IMG/VR virus record: IMGVR_UViG_3300022853_000024
Length of the DNA stretch: 64,000 nucleotides
Origin: an uncultured virus (IMG/VR IMGVR_UViG_3300022853_000024)
Taxonomy: Duplodnaviria; Heunggongvirae; Uroviricota; Caudoviricetes
Direction: 5' to 3' (one strand)
The notes beneath the pieces are model-generated. The model did no database searches, was not told where the DNA came from, and saw only the letters and a program-made list of their open reading frames with translations. How positions within the stretch are numbered: position 1 is the stretch's first letter; every line of letters begins with the position of its first letter. Shown here piece after piece: positions 50,501 through 58,741 of this stretch. Position numbers and translations under genes: made by a program.

Positions 50501-51322
50501 AGTTAATGGAAAATCTTCTGTGTATGTGCCTGGATAAATGTAAACATGATCTCCAGCAACAGCCACTGACAATGCTTGTTCTATTGAAGCATAAGGATCA
50601 TTTTGGTGTGTTCCAGAATTAGAATCATCACCGTTGGTTGCTACATACAACACTTTGCCTGGACGTGCTGTTAAATCCAACCCTTGTACTGATATGTTTC
50701 CAGACAGTGTTAAATTGTCCACAGTCAAGTTGTTGGCATATGCATTATTCCAACGTTTTGTTGGTGTTCCTAAACTGTATGTGTCTGAAGCATCAGGTAT
50801 AATGTTTGACGTAATATCAGCATTGATTGTGATAGAATCTGTATCAGAATCACCAATAGTTATGTTACCGTCTGCTCTGATGTTTCCTGTTGCGTGTATG
50901 TTACCTTGTACTTCTGTGTTACCTACAATATCTACAACACCTGTTCCGCTGGTTACAATCTCAAAATTTTGATTGGTGTCAGTTGCTCTAATGGTGTTGT
51001 TAGTGATTACAAGATCATCTACATGAATCTCGTTGTTGTACACAATGCCGTCTGCGGCTGAAAAATTTAGTGCTGATTGTGTTGTTGAAATTGTGTTGCC
51101 AGTTACTGTGATGTTTCCTACATCTACTTGTCCAGTAACTTCTGCATTTGTTGTACGTGCTGTTCCGTTTATATCTAGCGGGTATTGAGGAGTGCTGGTC
51201 TTAACACCAATCCTGTTGTTATTAACATCAATGTATAACAAGTTAGTCTCGAACGCCAAATCTGCTCCATTACGCAGAAGATTAGACTTCAAGAGCTGAC
51301 CTGATATTCGACCTACAGCCAT
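47591..51322 (-). CDS. Large structural protein, 1243 aa (beta-helix plus LamG/ConA lectin domain)
   Basis: GRISGQLLK.NL.R N-terminus, FGTGDFTIEFW...WTHF...FIGNMDDF LamG motif, P.GTTAQRP repeats and a C-terminal ALALG. Confidence 0.8.
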   Translation of the reverse strand: MAVGRISGQLLKSNLLRNGADLAFETNLLYIDVNNNRIGVKTSTPQYPLDINGTARTTNAEVTGQVDVGNITVTGNTISTTQSALNFSAADGIVYNNEIHVDDLVITNNTIRATDTNQNFEIVTSGTGVVDIVGNTEVQGNIHATGNIRADGNITIGDSDTDSITINADITSNIIPDASDTYSLGTPTKRWNNAYANNLTVDNLTLSGNISVQGLDLTARPGKVLYVATNGDDSNSGTHQNDPYASIEQALSVAVAGDHVYIYPGTYTEDFPLTIPTGVSIRGDGIRAVTVQPSVTTNSNDAFILNGETTVEDLTVTGFYYNSGTNTGHAFRFNSTGADDSTGFQVTSRSPYIRNVTVITSGSVTTANDPRGFGSADAGKGALLDGSVATPASNEAACLFQNTTFITPGVDALTLTNGVRIEWLNSFTYFAARSIYAVDGTTGLAEDGKTQLRVSGFSGTPLAAGHVISYYDTDNVTQLASGTIESIDNDKIIIDGKSTGFAMPPETTGKQITANGDAKLDTSVKKFGQSSLLLDGVGDSASISTTADFGFGTGDFTIEFWAYPTQLQSTTLFDFRNNASIEYSLMLYMTNNGPKLYVNGANVIIGSQGFNLNVWTHFSLVRSSNTVTMYVAGQNVGTATVANDLGAAKPLVMGNNYDANNGFIGNMDDFTIYKGSAIRSGNFTPPTTEAIGNPDTVLVSRFNGPNLTTTFLDTNIAIQDIRTSAGATATNFTLVDYTDFGAEVRSIASASIYGTYGVVGDGVGIKMYLISHNFAYIGNDYEVDNDATTVIQANEVITNNNAKIYYSSVDHKGDFRVGDQFYVNQETGQVAFTSASLNIDVDQALTFTSGPNVTVISGDKIETGNVQISGNNITTTSGDLNIDSFNNQINFVDDVNITGNLDITGDITIGGNVTIGDETTDSINITAGISSDIIPAQDNFYDIGSSTKRWNTIFANEAQIDSVNIKGNLIQSNNTNADLDLRSSGTGGVRVENFTASGDTLTNDSGDFIVNPASGVFRVDGTGSVRIPTGTTAQRPGSASAGMMRYNTDDSVFEGYNGTNWLALSGVYDLDKDTYITAEATPGADDDTLRFYAGGVLVADVNPTRFDVTSLQVDDITISGNTVTTTGTDQDLILNAQGNGSIRIEAFKFEGNAITNIISSPIVLKTTGTGYIDVSDSGGFVLPVGTTANRPFTPITGMIRYNTADQRVELYDGSSWGSIAGSSGAVSIIDATEIAVEYALALG

Positions 51323-51465
51323 TGTTTTTGCTCCTTTATAGCACGGGGATCTTGTCCCACCAACCTAATTTTCACCTTACGTTATTCATAAGTTCTTCGC
51401 CGGTTGTACCACGGTTTGTCCTGCTGAATCTGGTCAGACTCTGCATTAGTATTATTTATCGTGCT
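51323..51465 (-). other. Candidate structured 5' leader / cis-regulatory RNA
   Basis: GC-richer intergenic segment with four hairpins between a late motif (51453-51459) and an AGGAG SD. Confidence 0.5.
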
Positions 51466-51497
51466 TTTGGTATTATATTGTACAAGGTTAATTTATA

Positions 51498-54368
51498 CTA
51501 GTTTAATATGAGGTTGTAAACCACATTGAAATCTTCCGCAATTTCGTCTGTCACAGTGACTGCTTGTACACCAATAGAACTAATCCAACCATCCACTGCT
51601 CCAGCATACACTTCTAAAATACCACTGTCTGAGTTCCACCACACAGCACCCAGTCTAGCAATTGTGGCATCACGTTGTGCAGTTGTTCCAAATGGTCCTA
51701 TATATCCGTTGAGTGAATCAAATTGTACTGTTCTGTTTGCTTTTACGCCTGTTCCTGTGAATGTGATATCTTGGTTGACTAATTTGTTCTCAATAGTTCC
51801 CCCAGAAATTTGAAGATTAGCAGTGTCCAACACCACTTTCCCGTTGCCGTTTGCTGTGAAACCTGCTTGTGGATTTGAGGCACTGCCCACACCTATTGTG
51901 TTGCCATTAATAAGAATCTGATCTTGGCTAGAAAAAATAGGCACAACTAAATTACCCGAACCGTCTATTTCACCAGCATATCCATTGGCTGTGTAAAAAG
52001 TAAATTTGTTACTGCTTAAATCAATTTGAGTGTCTCTGTCACCATCTTTTATTCCATTCAGTGCTATTTTACCTGTTGAAAATAACTCAAATTCATTTAT
52101 ACTTGAATCAAACCTTACAGCATTTCCTTGATTAGGATTTTGTGCTGTGGTTCCTGATGGTAGCAACATATTACTTGTTGAGTTGATTATTGTGTTAGTT
52201 GTTCCTCCACTAAATGCAACATCTCCTGATGCAGATGTTATATTTGTTTTGAATCCAACAGTGCCTAAATTAACTACACCTGTACCACTTGCTCTCAATT
52301 CTAATTGTGAATTTGTGTCTGTGGTTTGTATTATGTTGTTGTGAATATCAATATTGTCTAAAGTTATTCTTGCTGAATTTGTTGTTTTCCAATTTTTTGT
52401 TGCACTACCTATATTGCTCTGCGTGTCTTGACTTGGTAATAAATCTTGTTCAAAGTCCATTGCAAAATTCACAGTGTCTCCTGCTTCATTACCAAAGTTT
52501 ATTCCTGATCCACCTATTGTGGCATTGCCTGTGATATCAACATTTGGCATCAGCACATTGGAAGTTAAATTTACAGCATTGGCTGATCCCACTGCACCTA
52601 TCGACATGCTGTTGTTTAATGTTTGAATTGTGTTGTTTGAAATTCTAAAATTCGGCACATCTATTTTTGTAGCATCAATCAATGTGGTTGTGCCTGCAAC
52701 ACCAACAGTTAGTGTTGATGCACCTAAATCACCATCGTTAACTGCTATAGAAGTTGTGCCTTTTCCTAAATCAACAATAAAATTATCACCAATTCTAAAA
52801 TCTCCACTCTGATCTTGACTGACAAAATAAACTCTACCGCTGTTGGTTTGTTCGGTTTCTTTAGTTTGATCCCATAACGACTCGTCATTTTCTACATCTC
52901 CGCCTGCACCCACATAAGCGAAGTTGTGTGATATAGCATATGCTTTTGTGTCGACACCGTCTGCTGTGATACCTTTGTTACCATACACGTTTGCAGAACC
53001 TATAATTCTAGATTCTGATCCGCTTAATAATTTGATTCCTGTGTCTGCAAAATATGTGAAGCAGTTTATGATCTCTGTTCTTGAATCATTTTTACAAGTA
53101 ATACCATCTGCACCTGGAGTAATAAATGTAACAGCATTGAATAACATTGATGCTCTTGGTGATGCTGAATCCAATACTGATCCGTCTACCAATGCACCTC
53201 TGCCTGCATCACCTGAATTAAATCCTTTTGGATCATCTGCCGGTCGTGTGTCTCCTTGTGTTACCACTGTGATATTTTGTACGTATGGTGATTTTGTAAC
53301 AATGCCGGCATTTGGTGCAAATCTAAAACCGTATCCACGATCAGTGTTTGCATCATAATGGAAATTTGCAACAGTTAAATCTGTTACAACTGATGCATCA
53401 TTTAATAAGAATGCATCTTGATATCTGTTAGGCACATCTGGTTTAACTGTAACTGTTCTGATGCCTGAACCTTTTACTGTGACGTTTGCTGGTACTTCTA
53501 ATGGAAATTGTTCTGTGTATGTGCCAGGTAAAATGTGCAGTTCGTGTGGACCTGCTGTACTTTCCTCAATGTATGCCAATGCATGACGTATTGTTCCAAA
53601 TGCAAAGTTTGGGTGATTACCTGCTAGATCATCGGTACCATTTGTACTCACATACCATTTATTTTCAATACCTAAGTTAACAGCAACACCTGATAAAGAA
53701 ATTGTGTTATCAATAACAATGTCATTAAGTCCTGTCATACTTTTTATTTCAACATCTCCCCAACGTTGACTGTTGGAACCTATATCATAAGTTCCGGTAA
53801 CATCTGGAATTAAATCTGATTCTATATCACCATTAAAACTTAAAGTATCTTCTGGACCATCACCGCCTATAAAAATATTTCCATCAAAAGAAATATCTCC
53901 TGTGGCATGAATATTTCCTGTTGTGTTTAGGTCTGATAGAATGATCACTTTACCTGTTGTTGCTACTCCACCGCCTGCACCAGGTCCTGGTTGAAATCTA
54001 ATATCCTCACCATTGTGTGCTCTTATTCCACTGTTAGTAAATGCTAAATTACCTGTGCGTAATTCAGTCATTTGGAAATTAGTACCAGCAATCATGTTGA
54101 TTGGACCTGTCAAAGTTGAAAATGTGTCTGTTGGTCCGTCTATACCAATGTTTCCAATTGAGGCCGAGTTGGTGGCAATTAAATTGCCTCTGTAAATGGC
54201 ATCGCCAGATACTAGTAATTCTCTTGTGGGGGCATCATCTTTGATACCTATTCTGCCATTGATAACATCAATGTATAATAAGTCCGTTTCAAAAGCCAAA
54301 TCCGACGTTCTTGTAAGATTTTCTTTTAATAATGGTCCTGATATTCTACCTACATTGGTTACTGCCAT
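51498..54368 (-). CDS. Large structural protein, 956 aa, paralog of 47591-51322
   Basis: GRISGPLLKENL.R, shared beta-helix (SPYVQNITV, FITPGAD, ISHNFAY). Lacks the LamG domain. Confidence 0.8.
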   Translation of the reverse strand: MAVTNVGRISGPLLKENLTRTSDLAFETDLLYIDVINGRIGIKDDAPTRELLVSGDAIYRGNLIATNSASIGNIGIDGPTDTFSTLTGPINMIAGTNFQMTELRTGNLAFTNSGIRAHNGEDIRFQPGPGAGGGVATTGKVIILSDLNTTGNIHATGDISFDGNIFIGGDGPEDTLSFNGDIESDLIPDVTGTYDIGSNSQRWGDVEIKSMTGLNDIVIDNTISLSGVAVNLGIENKWYVSTNGTDDLAGNHPNFAFGTIRHALAYIEESTAGPHELHILPGTYTEQFPLEVPANVTVKGSGIRTVTVKPDVPNRYQDAFLLNDASVVTDLTVANFHYDANTDRGYGFRFAPNAGIVTKSPYVQNITVVTQGDTRPADDPKGFNSGDAGRGALVDGSVLDSASPRASMLFNAVTFITPGADGITCKNDSRTEIINCFTYFADTGIKLLSGSESRIIGSANVYGNKGITADGVDTKAYAISHNFAYVGAGGDVENDESLWDQTKETEQTNSGRVYFVSQDQSGDFRIGDNFIVDLGKGTTSIAVNDGDLGASTLTVGVAGTTTLIDATKIDVPNFRISNNTIQTLNNSMSIGAVGSANAVNLTSNVLMPNVDITGNATIGGSGINFGNEAGDTVNFAMDFEQDLLPSQDTQSNIGSATKNWKTTNSARITLDNIDIHNNIIQTTDTNSQLELRASGTGVVNLGTVGFKTNITSASGDVAFSGGTTNTIINSTSNMLLPSGTTAQNPNQGNAVRFDSSINEFELFSTGKIALNGIKDGDRDTQIDLSSNKFTFYTANGYAGEIDGSGNLVVPIFSSQDQILINGNTIGVGSASNPQAGFTANGNGKVVLDTANLQISGGTIENKLVNQDITFTGTGVKANRTVQFDSLNGYIGPFGTTAQRDATIARLGAVWWNSDSGILEVYAGAVDGWISSIGVQAVTVTDEIAEDFNVVYNLILN

Positions 54369-54409
54369 AGCACTCCTTTTTTAGTATTTATTGAAATTTG
54401 GTAAAGGAA

Positions 54410-55207
54410 TTATTTGTCAAAGTTGTGTAAAACAGTGACTGGCTTACCTGTGGGAACTGATGTTCCGAATGTTATGTATTGCCCTGACGGATAAGATAGT
54501 CCTGTAACTGAACTTTTTCCATCCATATTGAATGTGTTTCCACCAACTGAGTTTGCTTCAGTATTCAACAAAGTGTTTACACTTAAATGGCTGGGTGTTA
54601 CTGCTGTTACTGTGAATGTTCCGTTGTTTGTGGCTGACCCTGTGACAACAACAGATTGCCCAACATGGTAACCTTTAGATTGCCAGTCAATCAGTACAGG
54701 ATTACTGCTTACAAAAGCACCAACGCCTGTTGCACTGTAATTTGCCACAGCACTTATGGTGTTGCTGTTAACATCACATGGATTTTGTGTTAATGTGTAG
54801 TTGGTATTTGGAATCTGTAAAACATTTTCCACCATCACTAAAATATTTTCAGATGCTGTTGGATATCCTAATCCTGATCCAAATCCATCATTAAGAATTC
54901 CAAAGTTTACTTCTGTGTCATCACCGTTACTTAAATTTTGTACCACAATATTTTGTGGTTCTGATAATCTAAACTGTTTCCATACTGGAGCACCGCCACC
55001 TAACGACTCATACACTTCAAGTTGTCTCAGTGTTGTGTTGAATCTCAATTGTCCTTCAATTGGTGTAACAGGACGTTGTACTTGAGTTCCTTTTGGAACT
55101 AAAAATGCACCTGTTGATTGTGCTTCAATTGTTTCGTACTGAGTGTATATTAAACCTTTACCGTTTAATAATCTTTTATTAGTGGATTGACGTTTTAGAT
55201 ATCTCAT
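54410..55207 (-). CDS. Virion structural protein
   Basis: VPKGT..QRP...G.LRFNT...EVY and ENVLQIP..NY motifs, shared with neighbouring structural proteins. Confidence 0.7.
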   Translation of the reverse strand: MRYLKRQSTNKRLLNGKGLIYTQYETIEAQSTGAFLVPKGTQVQRPVTPIEGQLRFNTTLRQLEVYESLGGGAPVWKQFRLSEPQNIVVQNLSNGDDTEVNFGILNDGFGSGLGYPTASENILVMVENVLQIPNTNYTLTQNPCDVNSNTISAVANYSATGVGAFVSSNPVLIDWQSKGYHVGQSVVVTGSATNNGTFTVTAVTPSHLSVNTLLNTEANSVGGNTFNMDGKSSVTGLSYPSGQYITFGTSVPTGKPVTVLHNFDK

Positions 55208-55533
55208 TACACCTCCAAGTAACTGACTACAACTGATAAGTTGTTAGCACCTGATTGAGCAACTTTGATAACGTCACCTGCACCCAACACTATTTTTTCT
55301 GAATCTAGTGTGAATGTTTCTGCTCCTGGTAATAATGCACTGTTCACTATCATAGATTGGTTTGCAACGTAGGCTCCAGTTACAGCATACAAAGTGAAAT
55401 TACTATCTTCTCCACCTGTAGCATCTTCTGGACCAACATTTGTGATCAATATAGATGTAACAGCATAACTTTTACCTGCAGGTACTGTGAGAACATCTTG
55501 TGTTCCATTTACGTTTGCGTTTGTTATTGCCAT
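55207..55533 (-). CDS. Small beta-sandwich virion protein (family member 3)
   Basis: TVPAGKSYAVTSILITN...EKIVL..GD...VSYLEV. Confidence 0.65.
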   Translation of the reverse strand: MAITNANVNGTQDVLTVPAGKSYAVTSILITNVGPEDATGGEDSNFTLYAVTGAYVANQSMIVNSALLPGAETFTLDSEKIVLGAGDVIKVAQSGANNLSVVVSYLEV

Positions 55534-55543
55534 TGTTTCTCCT

Positions 55544-56557
55544 TTAAAAAATTAATCCGAAAAGTAGTGCTCTATTCTTGCTGATCACTTCTCCTCTTGT
55601 GTCATTTGTATTTACAAAATATAATCCTGTATCTCCGCCAGATGGTGTTTTTGCATACAATTTAACGCCGTTGGCGTCATATAACGGGTCTATTGCCGCA
55701 TCTTGCACACTTGGTCTATTGCCAATCACAAAGGAATCATTTGCCCTTACAGACCCTGTTCCTGGTGCTACCAATTCTAAATCTTCATTGGAATTAAGAC
55801 TGCTGATCTTGTCGCCTTCAATTCTGATACTGCCAATATCTGTTGTTTGTTGATATAATTCAAATCTAGTGGGTTCCCATAGTCCAACCAAAGTGTTATC
55901 AATTTTGATTTCAATTTTTGATGTGTTGCCTGATGAACTGTTGTCTGTGATTTTAACTTCTGTGTCACCATCAACAATTCTTGGAAACGCCGCACCAATC
56001 ACAACAGCATTGATTTCGTCGTCAACATATTTTTTGTTTGGAATATCGTTGTCGTCATTCATTCTGCTGATATAATTTGCTGGAGCAATACTGGCACCTA
56101 ATCTCAATGTGCCTGTTCCGCCTGGCTCAAAATAAATTGCATTGTTGTTGTTGATGTTGGCAACTCTTAATGCCAGTATATCATTTCCGTCTGCTGAAGA
56201 AATTTTGTATGAACCATAACCAGGTCCTTGTAAGTTTGGTCCTTGTGACACTGTCTGTGTGCTTGGATTATTCCATGCAATAGATTCATCATAAATCATT
56301 TGCACACCAGTGAGTGATCCTCTGTCTACTCTAACACCTGCTGTGCCTTCTCCAACACCTGCACCTGCTTCGTTTTTGTTAAGTTCAATTATGTTGTCTT
56401 CGATTGCTAAATTTGTTGTGTTTACTGTTGTTGTTTCGCCTTCGATACGCAAGTCACCAGTAACTCTAGTAAGTGCAGACTCCAACGTGATTTCGTTGCT
56501 GGCATCTGCTACCTTAATTTTGTAACTACCCGATTCTAAATAAACTGTTTTTGCCAT
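55544..56557 (-). CDS. Virion structural / fibre protein
   Basis: G.L..EG.TTTVNT.NL.IEDNII.LN, AG..VDRG and PNKKYVD motifs. Confidence 0.7.
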   Translation of the reverse strand: MAKTVYLESGSYKIKVADASNEITLESALTRVTGDLRIEGETTTVNTTNLAIEDNIIELNKNEAGAGVGEGTAGVRVDRGSLTGVQMIYDESIAWNNPSTQTVSQGPNLQGPGYGSYKISSADGNDILALRVANINNNNAIYFEPGGTGTLRLGASIAPANYISRMNDDNDIPNKKYVDDEINAVVIGAAFPRIVDGDTEVKITDNSSSGNTSKIEIKIDNTLVGLWEPTRFELYQQTTDIGSIRIEGDKISSLNSNEDLELVAPGTGSVRANDSFVIGNRPSVQDAAIDPLYDANGVKLYAKTPSGGDTGLYFVNTNDTRGEVISKNRALLFGLIF

Positions 56558-56568
56558 AGTTTTTATAA

Positions 56569-56594
56569 TTTAGGGAGTGTTGCCACTCCCTAAA
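56569..56594 (-). other. Perfect 11-bp hairpin with a GCAA tetraloop
   Basis: TTTAGGGAGTG-GCAA-CACTCCCTAAA. No U-tract follows on the - strand. Confidence 0.65.
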
Positions 56595-56606
56595 CTGTAT
56601 TCTATC

Positions 56607-57239
56607 TTAAGTTGCTTGAGCGTCAACAACAATGTTGCCTGCGCCTACTGCCGCTTTAGTTGCCACACCAGCACTACCGTATGCAGTAAAGCCTATACTA
56701 TCAATTCCTGTTAATTCGAATGTGTTAGTTGCTTTGTTTGCTACTGTGTATGCAGTTTCAAGGTTAAGCTCAACCATGCCAACTACGCCACGGATAGATA
56801 CTTTATCTCCGTTGCTGAAGCCGTGTCCAGTTGCTGTGATAACACATGGATCTGCCTGTGTTGCACCTGAAATAACTTTTTCAACTGCATCAGATAAACC
56901 GTCAGCATCTCTAGTCCATACGTGTCTAGTTGCGCCTTCAAGTTGCATTTTTCTGTTGTACAGTTTAGTAACTTGTTTTGTAACACCGTCACTGTCAGTT
57001 ACGTTAATGCAAAATTCGCCTGCGCCTAAAGCACCAGCACCTACACCACCGATTGACTTGTTTACAAGTGTACAAGTTTCTGTTTTTGATCCATCAGTTA
57101 CAATAAATTTGTTTGTTGATCTTTGTGACACAATATGTGATTCAGTAGTAATTTCTCCACCTGCCGCGAATTTAACCGCAGTTACTTGAAGTTTACCTGC
57201 TCCATCACCAATGTGTTTTTTGTTAATTGGTCTTCCCAT
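56607..57239 (-). CDS. Putative head decoration/structural protein with an FCCH-like beta-barrel
   Basis: MGRPINK N-terminus and ISGATQADPCVITATGHG..GD.V...V.GM.ELN domain, also present in the 1789-aa protein. Confidence 0.6.
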   Translation of the reverse strand: MGRPINKKHIGDGAGKLQVTAVKFAAGGEITTESHIVSQRSTNKFIVTDGSKTETCTLVNKSIGGVGAGALGAGEFCINVTDSDGVTKQVTKLYNRKMQLEGATRHVWTRDADGLSDAVEKVISGATQADPCVITATGHGFSNGDKVSIRGVVGMVELNLETAYTVANKATNTFELTGIDSIGFTAYGSAGVATKAAVGAGNIVVDAQAT

Positions 57240-57334
57240 TTTGTTTCTCCTGTTGACGTTCTAGGTCTACGGGGTTGATTCCCCATAAGTCCAGCCGAAA
57301 CTGGCCCAAAACAATTGTTTATAGAAGTATTTAT
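57240..57334 (-). other. Late promoter plus structured 5' leader
   Basis: ATAAATA at 57328-57334, then hairpins CCAGT-TTCG-GCTGG and TATGGGG-AATCAA-CCCCGTA before the AGGAG SD. Confidence 0.55.
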
Positions 57335-57603
57335 CGTTTGCTGAGTGATGCTATCAGTTCTACTTTTGAGAATTTTTTTGCTAGATCGATGGCTTCTATG
57401 AGCACAGAACTGGCTTCTTCTAGGTATCTATCTTTCTTGGTTCTACGGTAATCTATCAAAATAGTGGTGTATTCATCATACATTTTGTTCAGAGTGTTTT
57501 CTAATTTTTTGATATCGTTGATGAATATGCCATGACTGGTCTTCCATACTTGCAGTCTGTCCATGTATTCTTTGAATTCTAATAATATTTTTTCGTGTTC
57601 CAT
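57331..57603 (-). CDS. Hypothetical helical protein
   Basis: ATG at 57603 directly after the hemB stop. 90 aa. Confidence 0.65.
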   Translation of the reverse strand: MEHEKILLEFKEYMDRLQVWKTSHGIFINDIKKLENTLNKMYDEYTTILIDYRRTKKDRYLEEASSVLIEAIDLAKKFSKVELIASLSKR

Positions 57604-57604
57604 A

Positions 57605-58408
57605 TCAATCCAATTGACCAATCAAGTCTCTGGCTCCGTATGTTACTAAAAATTTTGCACCTGCTGATTTATACACTTTGGATATTTCAATCTGGTGTTG
57701 CAGTGTGGGCAATCCTTTGTATTCATCTCCCACTTGATACACTCCAACCGGAATGTAAGATCCTGCATTTATCATGCTTAAATTATGTAAACTGTGTTGT
57801 CCTGGTTTCAGCAACAAGTAATCTGCTTTTTGTTTTTTGTATTGATTGGCTGTGGCAATCATGCCCCAATCATTGTCAACAGGCAGTTGGTATGTTCTGC
57901 TGGTGGTGGGTGTGCTGTCTGCTAGATCTCTAAAAGAACTGTAAAACACACTGCGGTATTTTACATATGCCATCACTTCACTGTGAGTTTCTGATTTTAA
58001 ATTTTGAACTGTGCGTTCTCCCATGTCTGAAGGAGCCAATATGTCTGCACCTGCAGATTTTAATTTCTTACCCAAATCAATCAACAGTGCTTCACTGGTG
58101 TCTGGTTTGTCCATCACTCTACAATGCCCATCTGGTAAAGAGGCACACAAGCACACATCCACAATCAGTTGTATGTTGGGAAATTTTGTTTTTATTTGAT
58201 TTACAATTCTTTGATTAAAACTCCAATCAGGAGTCCAAGATTTATGTTCTGGTGTTATGAACAGCAAGAAACTGTCTACACCTTTGTCTATGTCTTTTTG
58301 AATTCTGTCTTCTATTAAGGATTCGGACCAACTGCTGTTATCAGCACCTAATCCAGCCGTTTCTGTTCTGCCTTTTTCGTTGACAAACAATGGCTGGATT
58401 AAGTCCAT
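57605..58408 (-). CDS. hemB: Porphobilinogen synthase (ALA dehydratase)-like protein, divergent and N-terminally short
   Basis: DLIQPLFV, DVCLCASLPDGHC (Zn triad), GADILAPSDM, YVKY.S.FY..FRD, TYQ, LKPG and YQV..EY. Confidence 0.85.
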   Translation of the reverse strand: MDLIQPLFVNEKGRTETAGLGADNSSWSESLIEDRIQKDIDKGVDSFLLFITPEHKSWTPDWSFNQRIVNQIKTKFPNIQLIVDVCLCASLPDGHCRVMDKPDTSEALLIDLGKKLKSAGADILAPSDMGERTVQNLKSETHSEVMAYVKYRSVFYSSFRDLADSTPTTSRTYQLPVDNDWGMIATANQYKKQKADYLLLKPGQHSLHNLSMINAGSYIPVGVYQVGDEYKGLPTLQHQIEISKVYKSAGAKFLVTYGARDLIGQLD

Positions 58409-58412
58409 ATGA

Positions 58413-58616
58413 TTACTTCTCTTCTTTTTTAGGAAGTGCCGCACACTGTTCTTCGTCTGCTGGCAGACCAGTGTTTTTATCATAGATCCAAACATACGAA
58501 TAAGTGATGTTGTCATCAGTCATTGAACATTTTTTTCCAAATGATACTCTTGGTTCTTTAATAGAACAAGCAGATACTATGAAGAAAGATAATATTATTA
58601 TTGCAATACTTTTCAT
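58413..58616 (-). CDS. Small lipoprotein
   Basis: MKSIAIIILSFFIVSA-C signal peptide with lipobox, plus two more Cys. Confidence 0.75.
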   Translation of the reverse strand: MKSIAIIILSFFIVSACSIKEPRVSFGKKCSMTDDNITYSYVWIYDKNTGLPADEEQCAALPKKEEK

Positions 58617-58644
58617 TTTAGTCCTTGTTAGTGTTTCCTCGTTA

Positions 58645-58673
58645 ATTATACTACATTTTGGTATAAAAGTCAA
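58645..58673 (-). promoter_or_regulatory. Near-consensus sigma70 promoter
   Basis: TTGACT-17 nt-TATAAT just downstream of the capsid terminator. Confidence 0.85.
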
Positions 58674-58693
58674 GTCCTGAACATTCAGTCAAT

Positions 58694-58718
58694 AAAAAAG
58701 GGGGCCGAAGCCCCCTTT
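58694..58718 (-). terminator. Rho-independent terminator after the major capsid gene
   Basis: GGGGGC-TTCG-GCCCCC followed by T6 (T4-type UUCG loop). Confidence 0.92.
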
Positions 58719-58741
58719 AATATGTAAGTGTTTACTGTTGA

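Noticed and set aside
51323..51465. Possible tRNA or known riboswitch
   Set aside because: No cloverleaf, T-loop or CCA end, and no riboswitch consensus I recognise. Kept only as an unknown structured leader.
58409..58516. Longer hemB start given by the ORF track (58516)
   Set aside because: It overlaps the lipoprotein gene and shows no HemB arm similarity. ATG 58408 lies 4 nt after the lipoprotein stop.
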